A DNA stretch of 64,000 bases from Octopus vulgaris (Eukaryota): contig OX597820.1 of the NCBI GenBank assembly GCA_951406725.2, forward strand, positions 77,252,001 through 77,316,000, read 5' to 3'. This document shows, in pieces, positions 42,106 to 55,904 of the stretch. Positions within the stretch are counted from its first letter, which is position 1; every line of letters starts with the position of its first letter. The notes below the pieces were generated by a model. That model ran no database searches. It was given only the letters and a program-made list of their open reading frames with translations, and was not told where the DNA came from. The position numbers were made by a program, and so were the translations under genes.

Positions 42106-42934
42106 TACATACCTACATACATACATGTATATACAAGTATACTTTTATATATATACGTTTATATAGAGAGGCACATACAATTTATCGACCCTACTCAAAT
42201 CTATTCACCAAATGAATTATTGTCTTAAATCTGTCATATATGCTATCCACGGCTTATATGGAATTATACTTCAAATTAATGTGAACAAAGGCTAGCCGCC
42301 ATTTTGTGTTACTCAAGCTTTGAAAACATTCTTCTAGCGATAATCAAATAGATACGATTTATGGCTGCTTATTAATTTAGATCAACTCTTGTAGATGTGC
42401 ATTTTTTTTGAATCACCAATTTGAAATGTTAACGTTATTTGCAGAATGTTGCTATAATTCGTGAACGACAATAGAAACTATACAGCAGATCTTTATGCGT
42501 TAACTGTTGAATATGGTTTTATTTCATTAATTTTACTGGGGACAATCGCGGAAATATATGAATAGAAACCTATAGTTTCTGAATAACCGCAACAATATGT
42601 TGCCTTTATTGACTGTTAATATGTTTTGAGATACTTCGAACTTTATGCTGATGTTGTGCATTCATTCTACTACAGAGACTTCTATGATAATATTTGAGAA
42701 ATAGAATTTTTATAAGTTTAGCAGCATGCGAATTTGAATTTACATCGCTTTTCACTTTAATTCAAATGCAGGGAAGTTGTATTTGAGGTATAAACCTATC
42801 ATCGTACGTTTTATTGAATAATGCGTTTTGTTCTCTACCTGAGTAAGGTATACATGTATATGGATATGCCTATATCGGTACATACACAAACACACAAACA
42901 TATATATACATACGCATACATATATGTATGCTTG

Positions 42935-43002
<68 letters not shown>

Positions 43003-43418
43003 GCCGACATAATGTGGCAGTCCCGGTTGGGTTTAATGTTAGTATTGTCACTCCCGTTCGACAACGTACAGATTTCGAAGTGATACACAATCACTGATCT
43101 ACTCAATAGATCCCTAATTTATAATTTTAAGAATTATAACCTTTGAAGGTTATTTTTTCCATGCTGACCACTTGATAAAATCGTTATTTTATTTTTAAAT
43201 TAACGATCTTATCCTTATTTATATAAATCTAAATTTATTTCGTCACTGTATTTACTGCGGCGATATTTTGACCATATCTCACATGGAATTTAACGACGGG
43301 CATTTTGAACTGGCCATGTTGCATACGTGCATATATATGTAGGTATACGTTCGTATATATATGTATTCGTATGTTGTATTTATATATATATATGTATTTA
43401 TGTTTCTCTTCTGTGTGT

Positions 43419-43477
43419 ATTCTACTGACGAGGCAAAGCGTTCCTAAATGCAAACACGGAAATCCGGGATCTAGAAT
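43419..43477 (+). ncRNA. Type I HHR motif with canonical core
   Basis: ATTCTA | CTGACGA | 27-nt stem II region (inner helix GCGTT/AATGC, base imperfect) | GAA ATCC G GGAT C | TAGAAT. Confidence 0.68.
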
Positions 43478-44720
43478 TATTCAGTAATGTTTTACTACTT
43501 TCATGTTGTCTCTTTGTTTTCTCTCGGTGTTGATATATGGATAATTAATGTGTTTTTAGAGTCAGATCATGGCTGCTATTTTCAGCATGGTGGTATCTAG
43601 TAGATACCCTAATTTCTGAGTTTAATATATATATAAATGTATATATATATACACACACATTAACGGATTACATCCAGCTCTCGTGTTGAAAAGATTAAAG
43701 TTTATACTGAGTAACTGAATGAATTTGTCTTGTTTATTCGCCGATTCGATTTTGTATAGCATTTGTGGACCATCCCATCAAAACGCTGGGTGTTAAATTA
43801 CCGTGAAATCATTGATAGGCGAGACAACTCGCATTCAAATCTTATTCAGTAGTAATGAATACATGTTTCACCATTTTTGTGGCTTAACACCACGACGACA
43901 TATAAATAGTGTAAGAACTATTTGCTGGTATGCCAGGTAGATAAGCATATATGTAAGTAAGATTGTGCTGAACAGGCAGAAGGGAATTGTACTCGTGAAC
44001 GTTGCATAATATGAATTTGGTTGAACATAAGAATAATAAGACTGTTTTCACAAGTTCAATGTAAAATTGAAATATCTGATACTGACTGTTATCATAATAT
44101 TATATTACATATGTAGTCTTTTTGCTTATGTGTATGGCCTTCTTAAATTTATTCATGTAGAATGTCATTCCAAACTATATTCATCCTTTTGATGTACACA
44201 TTTTTAGTTCAATTTTATTAAATAACTTCAATTGCAAACATGATCCAGGTCATATAGGATGATATATTTTTTAAATAATCACGTAAATTTTAAGTTAATA
44301 GCATGTATATGTTAACATTGTCGCCTCAGTTTTATATATTTTGTCCGCCATGGTCGAATTTGCCTTTCATCCTCTCGGGGTCGATAAATTCAGTTGCGTA
44401 CTGGGGCCGATCTAATCAACTGGGTCCTTCCCACCAAATTTCGGGACTTGTGCCTAGAGTAGAAAAGATTTTTTTATGTATTTTGCATTCTTTATTCTTT
44501 TATTCTTTTACTTGTTTCACTTGATAGCCACCATTCTGGAGTAGCACTCTACGGGGTTTTAGTCGAATAAACTGAATCTAGGACTTATTCTTTATAAGAG
44601 TAGTACTTATTCTATCGGTCATATAAGAGTAGTACTTATTCTATACACCAATATTGGTTGTAGGGGACAAGCACAGATTCAAACACATAAATATACATAT
44701 ATACATATATATGTATTTAT

Positions 44721-44802
<82 letters not shown>

Positions 44803-44993
44803 GTATATATATGTATGTATGTATATATATGTATATGTATGTATATATATGTATGTATGTATATATATGTATATGTATGTATATGTATGTATGTATATAT
44901 ATGTATATGTATGTATGTATATATATATGTATATTTATGTATATGTATGTATGTATATATATATATGTATATATATGTATATATATATATGTA

Positions 44994-45051
<58 letters not shown>

Positions 45052-45059
45052 TGTATGCT

Positions 45060-45965
45060 TAAGTTTGTTATCGAGAGTACGAATGAGAATATCACGATTT
45101 TCATGGATATCACTTGCCATAAGGATGACGTAATAACTACGGATTTATACCCCACCGAATTTGTTGCCTCATAACTTCCAGAAAAATTTATACTTTTTAA
45201 CGAAACTTTCAACAAATAATCTTGTAAGTTCTGTGGGTTGAACGTATGTAAACATTTGCTGGAAAACATTTTTACGAGAGATACGGGAGAGGAATTTCGG
45301 AAAATCCACACGACCTGACATTTTCTTCCTTATAACTTTGAGAAAAATGGGTATTTTTTAATGAAATTTTATACAATGACCTTTCAAACGTGTCTGGATT
45401 ATGATTACAAAGAAATCCGTAAGCAAAACTTTTTGGAATGGGGCAGGGGGTGGATCTCCTCAAAACGTAGTTTCGGATCAGACGACTCAAGTTGGCATAT
45501 CTCCGTTTTGACGGGGTTGTTTTCCAATTTATATTTCATCACAGGCTTTGGAATGATAGGAGGTATCTTTTCATGGAAAAAAGAATAAAATTTTGAAAAT
45601 GTATGATTGTTTTTCTCTCCCATCACCCATTCGCCACCAGACAGATTTTGATCTTTTTTTTTCACTACACACATAAAATGCGTGGGGAAAATATTTTCGG
45701 TTAAAAAAAAAACATTGTTAATGTTTTCAAAGGAAAATGTGTGATTTAAGGGAGAACTGGCTGTTGTTTCTTGCACATGCCAAGATCTACGTCCTCGTTT
45801 CTTTCTCATTTCTTTCACATCTATTGATGTTTTTCAAATTTTGCTCTCCATAAACACATTTTATGAAATGATGATGCCAAAGTAACCCACGCGTCGGATA
45901 TGAAAAGAGAAAAAACAAAAAATGGTTAATTTAAATTTTTACTTGCACCCCAACCGAGCGAGGCT

Positions 45966-46005
<40 letters not shown>

Positions 46006-46675
46006 AAACAACATTTACTAACAGAAAATAATTCCTCTTTTACATACCTCTTATGAAAATCACTATGGATAAATCCCAGCAATAATCTTCTCAGGCTCTA
46101 CAAAATTTTAGAATTATGTAAACAGAAACAATCGGGGCAGGGAGTGGGGCTAAATAATCATAAATTTTCAATCTTTTTCTTTTTGTTATAACATAAATGT
46201 GTTTATGGAGAAAAATATTGAAAAACGTCAAAACATATTTGAGTGAGAAAAAATTATGAGGGAGGTCTTGCGATTTGCTAGAAACAACGGCTAAATCTCC
46301 TTCAAATCACACACTTTTTACTCTGATATGATTAAATTTTTTTGTGACCGAAAAGGTTTCTCTGTTGTCTTTTAAGTGCGTAATGAAAATTTTTTTTTAA
46401 ATGGCCAAATCGGTCAGCGCTGGGGTTGTGAGGGTGTGGCGGGAGTGAAAAAATCATAATTTTGTCTTTGCTTTGTAGAAAGATACCTTCCATAATGTGC
46501 TGAAAAAAATTGTGAAAAAACTTCTTTAAAACGGAGAACTTTTCCAGAAACTCCTTCCCTGAATACGGAGGTTCGTCTCCTCCGACAATGGAATCCATCT
46601 ACAAATGTTATTCTGGACCATTGAGGCCCCAGAAACAGCCGTTGGATTTGTATTACTTCCCTTCAGCCCCTTTAA
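45060..46675. mobile_element. Non-autonomous DNA transposon-like sequence with internal inverted repeats
   Basis: About 45740-45865 is the reverse complement of about 46192-46313; the right end CAGCCCCT|TTAA resembles a TTAA-targeting terminus. Boundaries uncertain, may be composite. Confidence 0.4.
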
Positions 46676-47124
46676 TTCTTGATACCATTTCTATTGTAAG
46701 TCAGACCTTTTTGCATGTAAACATACGTTTTTTTTTTTGTGATACTAGTATTAAATATAGTTTGTATATTAACCTGCCTAACTTACTTATCCTTACGTTT
46801 TCTTCTATACCTGCTGAAGTTGAATGCTATTGAGCACTACTAAGTGTATTCTATATGGAGAATAGTTGATTCCCATTATTTGTAATTCTCACTTTACCGT
46901 TTATGAAAACAACATATGATTTTGACGGAGAACTTATAAACTGACAAGGCGAGATATGTTTAACCCTACGCGAGATGAGTTTAATACTAAGCGCAATGGG
47001 AGCTACTGATGAGCATTAAGTTATGCCAAGCATCAGAATGCGAAATCATCGGTGATCTACCGCTGTCTGCGACCGTACATACTTGTCTCCCTTGTTAGCT
47101 CAATAAGATAATGCTTTTCGTGGC

Positions 47125-47282
47125 TAGGATTCTTTCAGTTTCTGTCTAACGAATCCATTAAGAAAGCTTTGATCCGTCCGAGGCTATGCTAGAAGACACT
47201 TTCCCAAGGTGCCACGCAGTGGGACTGAACCTCGGACGATGTGGTGGGGAAGCAAGCTCCATACCAAACAATCATGCCTGTG
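47125..47282 (-). mobile_element. SINE family C head
   Basis: TTCTTTCAGTTTCTGTCTA..AGAAGACACTT..GCAGTGGGACTGAACC. Confidence 0.8.
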
Positions 47283-49905
47283 ACTAAATATAATTAATGC
47301 ATACATGGGCCTTGTGTTTCATTGATGTCTTCGATCTTAACTGCGTTTCTATCACTTACAGTTTCTTTTCATAATTTTGACTGCAGATTTATTAATGATA
47401 TAAAATAATAACATCGATGAATAAATGCATAAATATATTTCAACTACTTTACCGTGTTTGATGCTTTGAAATAGTTTCCTCAAAATACAAATAATTATGT
47501 TAAGATATTTACATAATAAAAGTAAAAAAAGGAGAAAATTATGGAGTGATAAGTACTGAATTCATTTATGAATACTGAAATTATGATTTCAGTTTATCAT
47601 GAATTAACTTTCCGTTTTAGTGCAATTATTAATAAATTAATGCACGCGAGTCATGAATAGTTCAGTGCAAGAGAGTATACGAAATCTGAAAATGTTTCTA
47701 TGACAAATAATAATAATAATTGTAGGATTGGTGGTTCGCATTTTCGGAACGTTGGGGCTTGTTTTCCCCGATTCAGTCGTCTGAATAAGACAGTGCTTTA
47801 AGCAAGAGCATTTTGTTCGTTTATAGTTCAAAATCTACTTCCGCGAGAGCAATCATTTTTGATGGACTGTTATGTTCTCCATTGGGTTCTTTCATTAGAT
47901 AAAATGAAGACAGCATTGGCATCCCGAATTTTGTTTTAGAACAGTTGAGAAGATATAAAAAACATTTTTAATTCCCATTATTCCGATAAATTGAGCTGTT
48001 AGGTAAATTCGTTCGTTTCTTTCCAATTTCGTATTCCCTCTAAAAATTATGTTTACCTTTGCGATTTGTTTAGATTTAATTTTTCTCTGTAACTCTTGTT
48101 TGTTATTTTGAAACTTAAATTTTATTTTCTTTTAGACGTATGACGATGGAGGGTTAAACAGAAAAAAAAATGAAGCAAATTTATGATAACCCAATAATTT
48201 CATTTCAAAAAATGCTTCCTGAAAATGAACTCCAATTCTGGTTAGTTATTTACAACAACTACTCGTTCGCCACTTTTTTATATTATTTTCTTGTCACAAA
48301 TTCGGTTCCTTAGGACAGTTGTATTATCGACTTAAGATTATTAGTGGCTTGCTGATAGAATCCGAAATGATATTAATCATTGCAGATAATTATATATGAC
48401 AAATGACTCATATTTCAGCTCTAGGAAAAATGAACTTTGAGAAATGTATGCCATTCTGAAAAAAAAAAAAAACAGAAAGAAAAAATTTAGCTGTAGAACT
48501 AACAGTGTCTGGATACAAATAGTAAATTTATGTTTTCTCTTGTAATATATAGGGCTATAGATGTTCCCCGACATCAAATATCGTAAGTCACACACTGCAA
48601 CCAGTCTCTTTTTTACAAGTCCGTCGTCTTCTCGGAAACTTTTGTTTATAACATTTATTCCTCTGTTCACTGTCTCTGCCAGTCGCATTTTAGCTGTTAT
48701 TTATCTGTCTAGTCTCAATGATTAATAGATAAAAGTTTTCTTTCTGTTTTTTTTTTTTTTACTTGCATGAACTTAGATACTAAACAATCTCAGTCGGAAA
48801 AATAATATTTCTGTAACTCTATAAACTAGCAAAGAAAGTAGACACAATAGCTTGTTATTGTATAATCAGTATGCATCAAGGTGCCATCATATTATGTCAT
48901 CACAGCTTTCAACCAGACAATTACCAGAAAAAAATTCTCTTTTTATCAGGATAGCAATTTACTACACCATAAAGTTAAGAATTATCGAGATTATTTGCAA
49001 TTGTTACCGTATTCCTTGAAGGTATAAAATAACAAAATGATTTATTAGCGGTTGTATCCGTAGCAAAGCACTTCAACAGACCACTTTAATTCTCAATTAA
49101 AAATATTTATCGATTGGTTTTAAATGATCATTCATTATATGGAAATATTTATTTTACGTTTTTACATGTAAATCAGATTTCACTTCAATGTTCGATTTTA
49201 CTGTTTTTCATGTCACGCTGACTTAACTTGCTTGATTTCCTCAGGATTTATGCAATGTATGCGCGAAAGGGTGTATGTATATGTGGGAGTGGGTCAGCTG
49301 CTGTATATCACTATGTGTGTGTGTGTGTATGCATTTAGATATAACAAACCGAGTAACTGGGAAAATGTTTGGTATTATTTATATTACATATTAGAAATGT
49401 TTCATTCCGAAATAAGAATTACATAGGTCTACAAATAGAAAAAAAACACGTCAGACATATCTTGTTAAAATAATATTGAAACATGTGTAATGGAAAAGAT
49501 AATACCAAACATTTTGACGTCTTCTAATTTGGTATGCAATGATTCAGCACAAGTATTTTCCATTGTTTTACAGTATACTTCGGGGTTTTCAACTCTCATG
49601 GAATATATTATCTACATATATACTTTAAAGCACATGATTATGCAGATGCGATTCATGAAAACAAAGACACGGTGTAACACCCGACGCTTTGATAGCAGCC
49701 CCAATGCGTCGAATTACAACCGACCGGCGAACCAGAAAAGCATATACACAGAGTATGTGTGTTGCGTATATATATATATATAATTATAGATAATAATAAA
49801 GGGTAAAATTAATCAATTAATCATTGATCATTTTACCAAGTAGTTCGCTATGTTAAAAGATCAATTATCGGTAACCTTAATCAAAAGATTCTATAATTAT
49901 AAATA

Positions 49906-50117
49906 AAATTATAATTAGGGTTCACCAAAAATTTCTTCACCACATACCGAAATTTAGAATTAGCAGTTAAATACTCTTCCACTAACATAAGCTATCTCCC
50001 AGACAGTAATACTCTCAACTCACGCAGGTATCTTATGGTAGTGGAATTGTATTTAACTGGTATTTCTGAATTTCGGTATGTGGTGAAGCAATTTTTGCTG
50101 AAACCTAATTATAATTA
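49906..50117. repeat. Inverted repeat with arms of about 68 bp
   Basis: AATTATAATTAGGGTTCACC..CATACCGAAATT..GTTAAATAC versus GTATTTAAC..AATTTCGGTATG..CCTAATTATAATT. Confidence 0.8.
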
Positions 50118-50177
50118 TGCTTATAATAATTGTTTTTTTGTATATTGACAGATATATAGATTCATAGATAGATAATG

Positions 50178-50234
<57 letters not shown>

Positions 50235-50240
50235 CTAAAG

Positions 50241-50289
<49 letters not shown>

Positions 50290-50515
50290 AATAGATTTAG
50301 GCGTAATGCTGGTGTAAATAATTAATTATTTTAATTATTTGTTCAGTTGCGTAGATTAAAGGATATGTTGAAAATATATGCAAATCATAACTTTTATTCT
50401 CAGATATGTCTAGTGTAATTAAATCAAGAAGAAAATTTTCCTATATGCATGTGAGTGTGCGTTTCTGTCTGTGTATATGTGTGTGTGTGTCTGTGTGCGC
50501 GCGCGTATATATATA

Positions 50516-50599
<84 letters not shown>

Positions 50600-51507
50600 T
50601 GTGTGTGTATAACTTGCTTAGGCACAAGAAGTATATTGTGTTTTTCTTTGTATGCGGAACAATAATCTTTGAAGCATCTTTGGAAGATGATTCTTAATTA
50701 CATTTCTGTTTATATAAGAGAATATTCGGTTGGTTTTACATTCTGTGCTAAAACAATTTCAAATAAATATCTTTATATTAAACATATGTTAGGTATCCTG
50801 ACTTATACTGGGTTGAATAAAACTATGTTACATACACATATGCAAATATTTACATATACATAGAAATACAGGCATGCCTGTTCGCGTCTGTGCATATATT
50901 ATACGCTTAACAATTCTTCGTGTCTTTCGACGTGTGTTGTTTCGGTCATTAGATTGCGGCTGTGCTGGGGCGCTGTATACAAGAGTTATTTCTTTAGTCA
51001 TATCAATCGACCTGATTTTGAATTGGTTTTAAGCCTCCTATGTATTGTATATGTCTTTGTTGCCGAACCGCTATGTTACTTGGATATAATTACATAAACA
51101 CCGGCTATTTTCAAGCGGGGGTGAGGGACACACATGCACACACTCATACATATATACATATATATACACATAGAGAGAGAGGGAGGGTGAGAGACAGAAA
51201 GACAGAGAGAGTGAGAGAGAGACAGAAAGACAGAGAAAGAAAGAAAGTTAGATGGATAGATAGATATATGGATAGATATATTTCTTTATTAGCCACAGAC
51301 GGGACAAATTACAAGGTAGAGCTTTTCTTTTGGGGATAAAAAGGGGGGGTTCGATCAAAAGGGTTCGTGAAAGGAAAGAAAGAAGAAAGCAACAAAAAAG
51401 GGAAAAAATAAAAATAAAAGGAAAAAGAAAAAAATCAATCAATAGGGATAGTTATCACATAGACAGATATATGGATAGATAAATAGATAGATTGATAGAT
51501 AGATATA

Positions 51508-51670
51508 CACGACGGTCTTCTTTAAGTTTCCGTTCACCAAATCCACTCACAAGTCTTTGGTCAGCCCGAGGTTATAGCAAAAGAGAATTGTCCAAGATAC
51601 CGCTCAGTAGGACTGAACCCGGGACCATGTGGTTGAGAAGCAAGATTCTTACTACACAGCCGCACCTGCT
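51508..51670 (-). mobile_element. SINE family C head
   Basis: GTTTCCGTTCACCAAATCCACTCACAAG..GGACTGAACCCGGGACCATGTGG. Confidence 0.8.
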
Positions 51671-52993
51671 TCATATTTTGAATTCATTCTTGACCATTCG
51701 AGTTTCATTTGTTTTTCCTAATCTTGGGAATCGTTGATGTGTATATCCCTTTATCTGCCTCACTTTCTATCTAATTCTGTATCGATCACTAATTCCGTTA
51801 GAGTGTATGTGTCATATAGACTTGCAATGAAAGACAAGGCAATCAGTGGAACGCATTGATATAGAGCTAGTAAATCAAAGGAATGGATTGTGACCATGAA
51901 GATAAATAGTAAAACCTAACTCGTCAGAAAATACGAAAATTATAGCATCCATATTTTCAAGTCATATACAATAATTTTGTAAATAATCACCGAGTATATA
52001 ATATTTATCTACAGATATTACCATTTTATTAGTTTTTACTTTACGAACCAAAAATGAGATGGAATGCATCAATATATTTGATTATTATCTCACCTATGAT
52101 TGTACATCCGTAAAATATACATTTGACTAGTACGTCGTGTCGGATAACGTGTAGCGCTTGAAGAAAAAGAAAAGCTAAGCAATGTGCTTAAAATAATAAG
52201 TGGCATTATATACTATAACAAGTAATTTGTCACAAAGCATTCATAAAACCTACAGAAATGTACATTCACAAATATATATATATATATAGGTACACCAGCA
52301 TATACACACGCAGATATATATATATATAGATATATATGTGTGTGAATATATGAGTGTATGTGAATGTATGTATAGATGTATACGTATGTATATATGCATT
52401 ATATATGTATGTAGGTAGGTAGGTAGGTAGGTAGGTAGGTAGGTAGGTAGGTAGGTAGGTAGGTAGGTAGGTAGGTAGGTAGGTAGGAAAATGTATATGA
52501 ATGTAAATATGTGGAAATTGCTTACAAGAAATAGTGAAGAGCAATTAAGACGACGCAGAATATAATTACTTTCATTCCGCTGATGATGTTTGTCATTATT
52601 TCGACAACAAAGCTGCTGATGAATTTACCCGATGAAGTGCGTTACTTAGTGTACAATGGCGTCGGTAGCTCCTAGAGGCAATGTGAAAAGAGAATAAGTT
52701 TCAAATCTTCATTGCAAAAAGCAACTAACAGGTTTAGTTTCATACAGCAATTGTATCATTTAATGACAATAGTCTATGGAAACAAGAAGAATCAGAATGA
52801 TTTTATCTCGACAACGTGGCAGCATTTCTAACTAATTTTCATGAACATTAGCTTTCACATAGACAAGATATTGTAATTGAAGGCGAAAATTCAGGCGTAG
52901 GTGTGGCTGCTTGGTAAGACGCTTGCTTCTCAACCCCATCGAACCAGATTGAGAGTCGATGCCTACTATCTAGGATAACTGTCTTATAATATA

Positions 52994-53222
52994 CGTTTCT
53001 TTATTACCCACAAGGGGCTATACACAGAGGAGACAAACAAGGACAGAAAATCGGATTAAGTCGATTACATCGACCCCAGTGCGTAACTGGTACTTAATTT
53101 ATCGACCCCGAAAGGATGAAAGGCAAAGTCGACCTTGGCGGAATTTGAACTCAGAACGTAACGGCAGACGAAATACAGCTACGCATTTCGCCCGGAGTGC
53201 TAACGGTTCTGCCAGCTCGCCG
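52994..53222 (-). mobile_element. Young SINE family A copy with target-site duplication
   Basis: Near-consensus copy flanked by GTCTTATAATATA at 52981 and 53222; interrupts a family C head. Confidence 0.9.
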
Positions 53223-53554
53223 TCTTATAATATAGTCTTATAATATATATATTGTCTTATAATATAGTCTCCGAACGACTCGAGCATGCTAAGTTGATTT
53301 GGTGAACCAAAACTGAAAGAAGTCCTTAGTATATATAAATATGGCCCAAAAGTAGATTTACAGTTATTCAACTATTTCTTTCGCATTCATATATTAACAG
53401 TTTAGATTTTAATTATGAAAAAAATGAAACCATCATTCTATGCTAATTTAATTAATTTTATCACGCTCTCTTTTCAGTTGGTAAGATAGAAATTTAGTTG
53501 TAATGAAATGCTTTAAAACAAATTTAAAGTGCTTTCATGATAACAGTAAACCTA

Positions 53555-54277
53555 CAGCGTTGAACAAACGTATTAGGCCACCCCAATGTTTTAGAGTTCT
53601 GCTATCTCAATGTTAATAAAACTCGTGCAGATGGTAGATTATACTATATTTCACAATATATGTTAGTTTTAATTGAGGATCTAGTTGATCCTCCTTTAGC
53701 ATCAATTACCACTTTTAAACTGTAATATACATATGCAATAAATTATGAGTTAGACCACCGTCCAAAATTGACGTTTTGTTTCCTTGATTATTTCAGAGTT
53801 TTATGCTAAAATACGTTTGAGATACAAATAATAAACAGTAAAATACCTAAAACAAGTTGTGTGAGTGTGAGCGAGGTCAAATCGTAACTCAACATGAAAA
53901 TTGAATGTCTCAAAGGCAAATTACTCAGAAGATAAAATGCACTTGATGTGCAGTGCAAACGACTCGCAAGTGCTTCAGATAGACAAAAAGATGTGAAGTC
54001 AATACAAAGAAAAAGTAGAAAAAAGGTTATGTCACTTCGTGAGGACAGATCTACCAACCGTCAGTAGCTCAGAAACAGAAGAAAAGCATTGTCGGAGCTC
54101 TGTGCGAACCTCAGCGAGGCAAGTATTTCACAAATATCAACCAGGACTGTTAGAAGAAGGCTTGTAGAAAACGGTCTGAAATGTTCTAAAGCCAGGAAAA
54201 AGATATGGGTTTCTGAAATGAATATGGAAAAACGTATTGAGTGAGCCAAAAACCACTCAAATTGAACCAGTGAGCAA
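53555..54277 (+). mobile_element. Tc1-like element 5' half with degenerate transposase N-terminus
   Basis: Probable TIR start TA|CAGCGTTGAACAAACGTATTAGGCCACC; peptide SRKKVMSLREDR..LRNRRK..ISTRTVRRRLVENGL..ARKK....NMEKRIE*AKNHSN*TSEQ. Confidence 0.85.
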
Positions 54278-54788
54278 CCGCAGCAACCACTACACATACA
54301 GCCGGCTCCTCGGACTCAGTGATATCAGCTCCATACTTCACAAGATCCTCGTCCCGAGTTCCGAGAGACAGGGGTCGAGACGCCAAAGGCTCTAGACACG
54401 GAACAACAGCAGCAGACAACACACATTCATCCGGCTCTTCAGACTTCTCCACATCAGACTTAGCAGGCTTCTCGGGTCCAGCGCCCTCTACAGGCTCCAT
54501 ATCACAAGGTTCCTCGGGTCCACTTCCTTCACTATCCATTTCACTTGATGGGCAATCTCCGCCCACATGACCACTCTTATCCCCGGTCCAACACTAATCC
54601 TCCAAGGCTGACCCATCCATAACCTCAAGCTCTTCCTGGTCTGTCCGTAGGCCCTGTCGTCTCTTGTCCAGCCTCTCCATGAATGCGTCTAGCTGTGTCC
54701 TCTGGCCCCTCAACATCTCCACAATCAAGGCAAGCGAGCTCTCTTCCTCTCCAGTCTGGCTACGAGTTCGTGCCTCCACCGAGTCCAT
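54278..54788 (-). pseudogene. Shrunken gag-like ORF of an LTR retrotransposon
   Basis: MDSVEARTRSQ starts 35 nt after the PBS, then a coiled-coil-like stretch, a stop, CWTGDKSGHVGGDCP (CCHC knuckle with the second C changed to G) and an acidic tail. Confidence 0.7.
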
Positions 54789-54822
54789 AGCGAACAAACG
54801 ATCGACCGCAGCAATCAGGACA

Positions 54823-54840
54823 ATCCCACTTCTGACACTA
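54823..54840 (-). promoter_or_regulatory. Primer-binding site, tRNA-Leu
   Basis: TAGTGTCAGAAGTGGGAT, one mismatch from TGGTGTCAGAAGTGGGAT (complement of the tRNA-Leu(CAA) 3' end); 2 nt after the LTR end ..CCGTAACA. Confidence 0.85.
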
Positions 54841-54842
54841 GT

Positions 54843-55904
54843 TGTTACGGACCACCCTCGCTCAGTCGAACGGAGAATTCGCCACACAGAGAGGACTCGG
54901 TGGGGATGGCAGCGGCGAACACAGCAACCGGCGGCCGGAGATACCAAACGACAACAACAACAACAGCAGGAAGAGACAGACACAAGGAGAAACGGCGGAA
55001 GGCAATTGGCTACATTTAACAACGGTTTATAACAATTATTACAACAAATCAAATAAATCAAGATTACATCAGGTATACAACAGATCAAAGCATTTAAACA
55101 GTTCAAATAACGTACACATTAATGATACAATATACAATGTTGATAGACAAATAAGTTCAGATCAAATAATGTTCACGATACGTTACAGTCCAATCAGAAC
55201 AGTTCAATTCATTATACAATGTTCAAATCACAACAATTCACGATACAGTTCAGAGTTCTTTTAAAGTCTTTTTCCGGCACACCACCTATCAACACAATTC
55301 ACATTGTTCGTTATAATCCTTTTAGCACTATTCTTTATAACACATCAAGTCTTTTACTTAATTCACATATCAATTCTTTTACATTTCAACACAACTCAAT
55401 AATCAACACATACCGTACAACAGCCAATGCCTTACACCGTAGTCCCGCTCCATCGCTCCTTAATCCTATCTGTCTGTCTTTCCCAACTGACCGCCTCACG
55501 CCGTAATCCTATCTGCCTGTCCTCATCGACGCTGTCACTGTCACTCTCTCTCCTAGTTCTGTAATACCATCTGTCTGTCCTCATCTACGCTGTCACTGTC
55601 ACTCTCTCTCCTAGTTCTGTAATGCCATCTGTCTGTCTTCCCTTACTGACCGCTTCCTTTGTAATCCCATCTGCCTTGTTACCACCGCAATCTCTCCGGC
55701 TGAACTGATCCACAGACTCACAGCTCCTGCTTTTTATAAGGTAGTTTCTTTGACCGGCACAAGGCCAAAGGTCCCCTCAAAGCTCATTACTCTCTCGTGA
55801 ATCCGACAGAACAAAGGACAATAACTTTACATTTTAGACTTCCAGACTCCACCCCAAGCAAAGTAGGTCAAGGCAGTTGCTTCCCAGCTGACCTACTCGT
55901 ATCA
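54843..55904 (-). mobile_element. 5' LTR (about 1062 bp) of a Gypsy-like retrotransposon
   Basis: Minus-strand termini TGATACG...CGTAACA, TATAAAA near 55738, internal tandem of about 58 bp at 55510-55640, abuts (TA)n. Confidence 0.8.

Noticed and set aside
52578-52620. CTGATGA followed by a hairpin
   Set aside because: G12 missing, no valid NUH site and no stem I.
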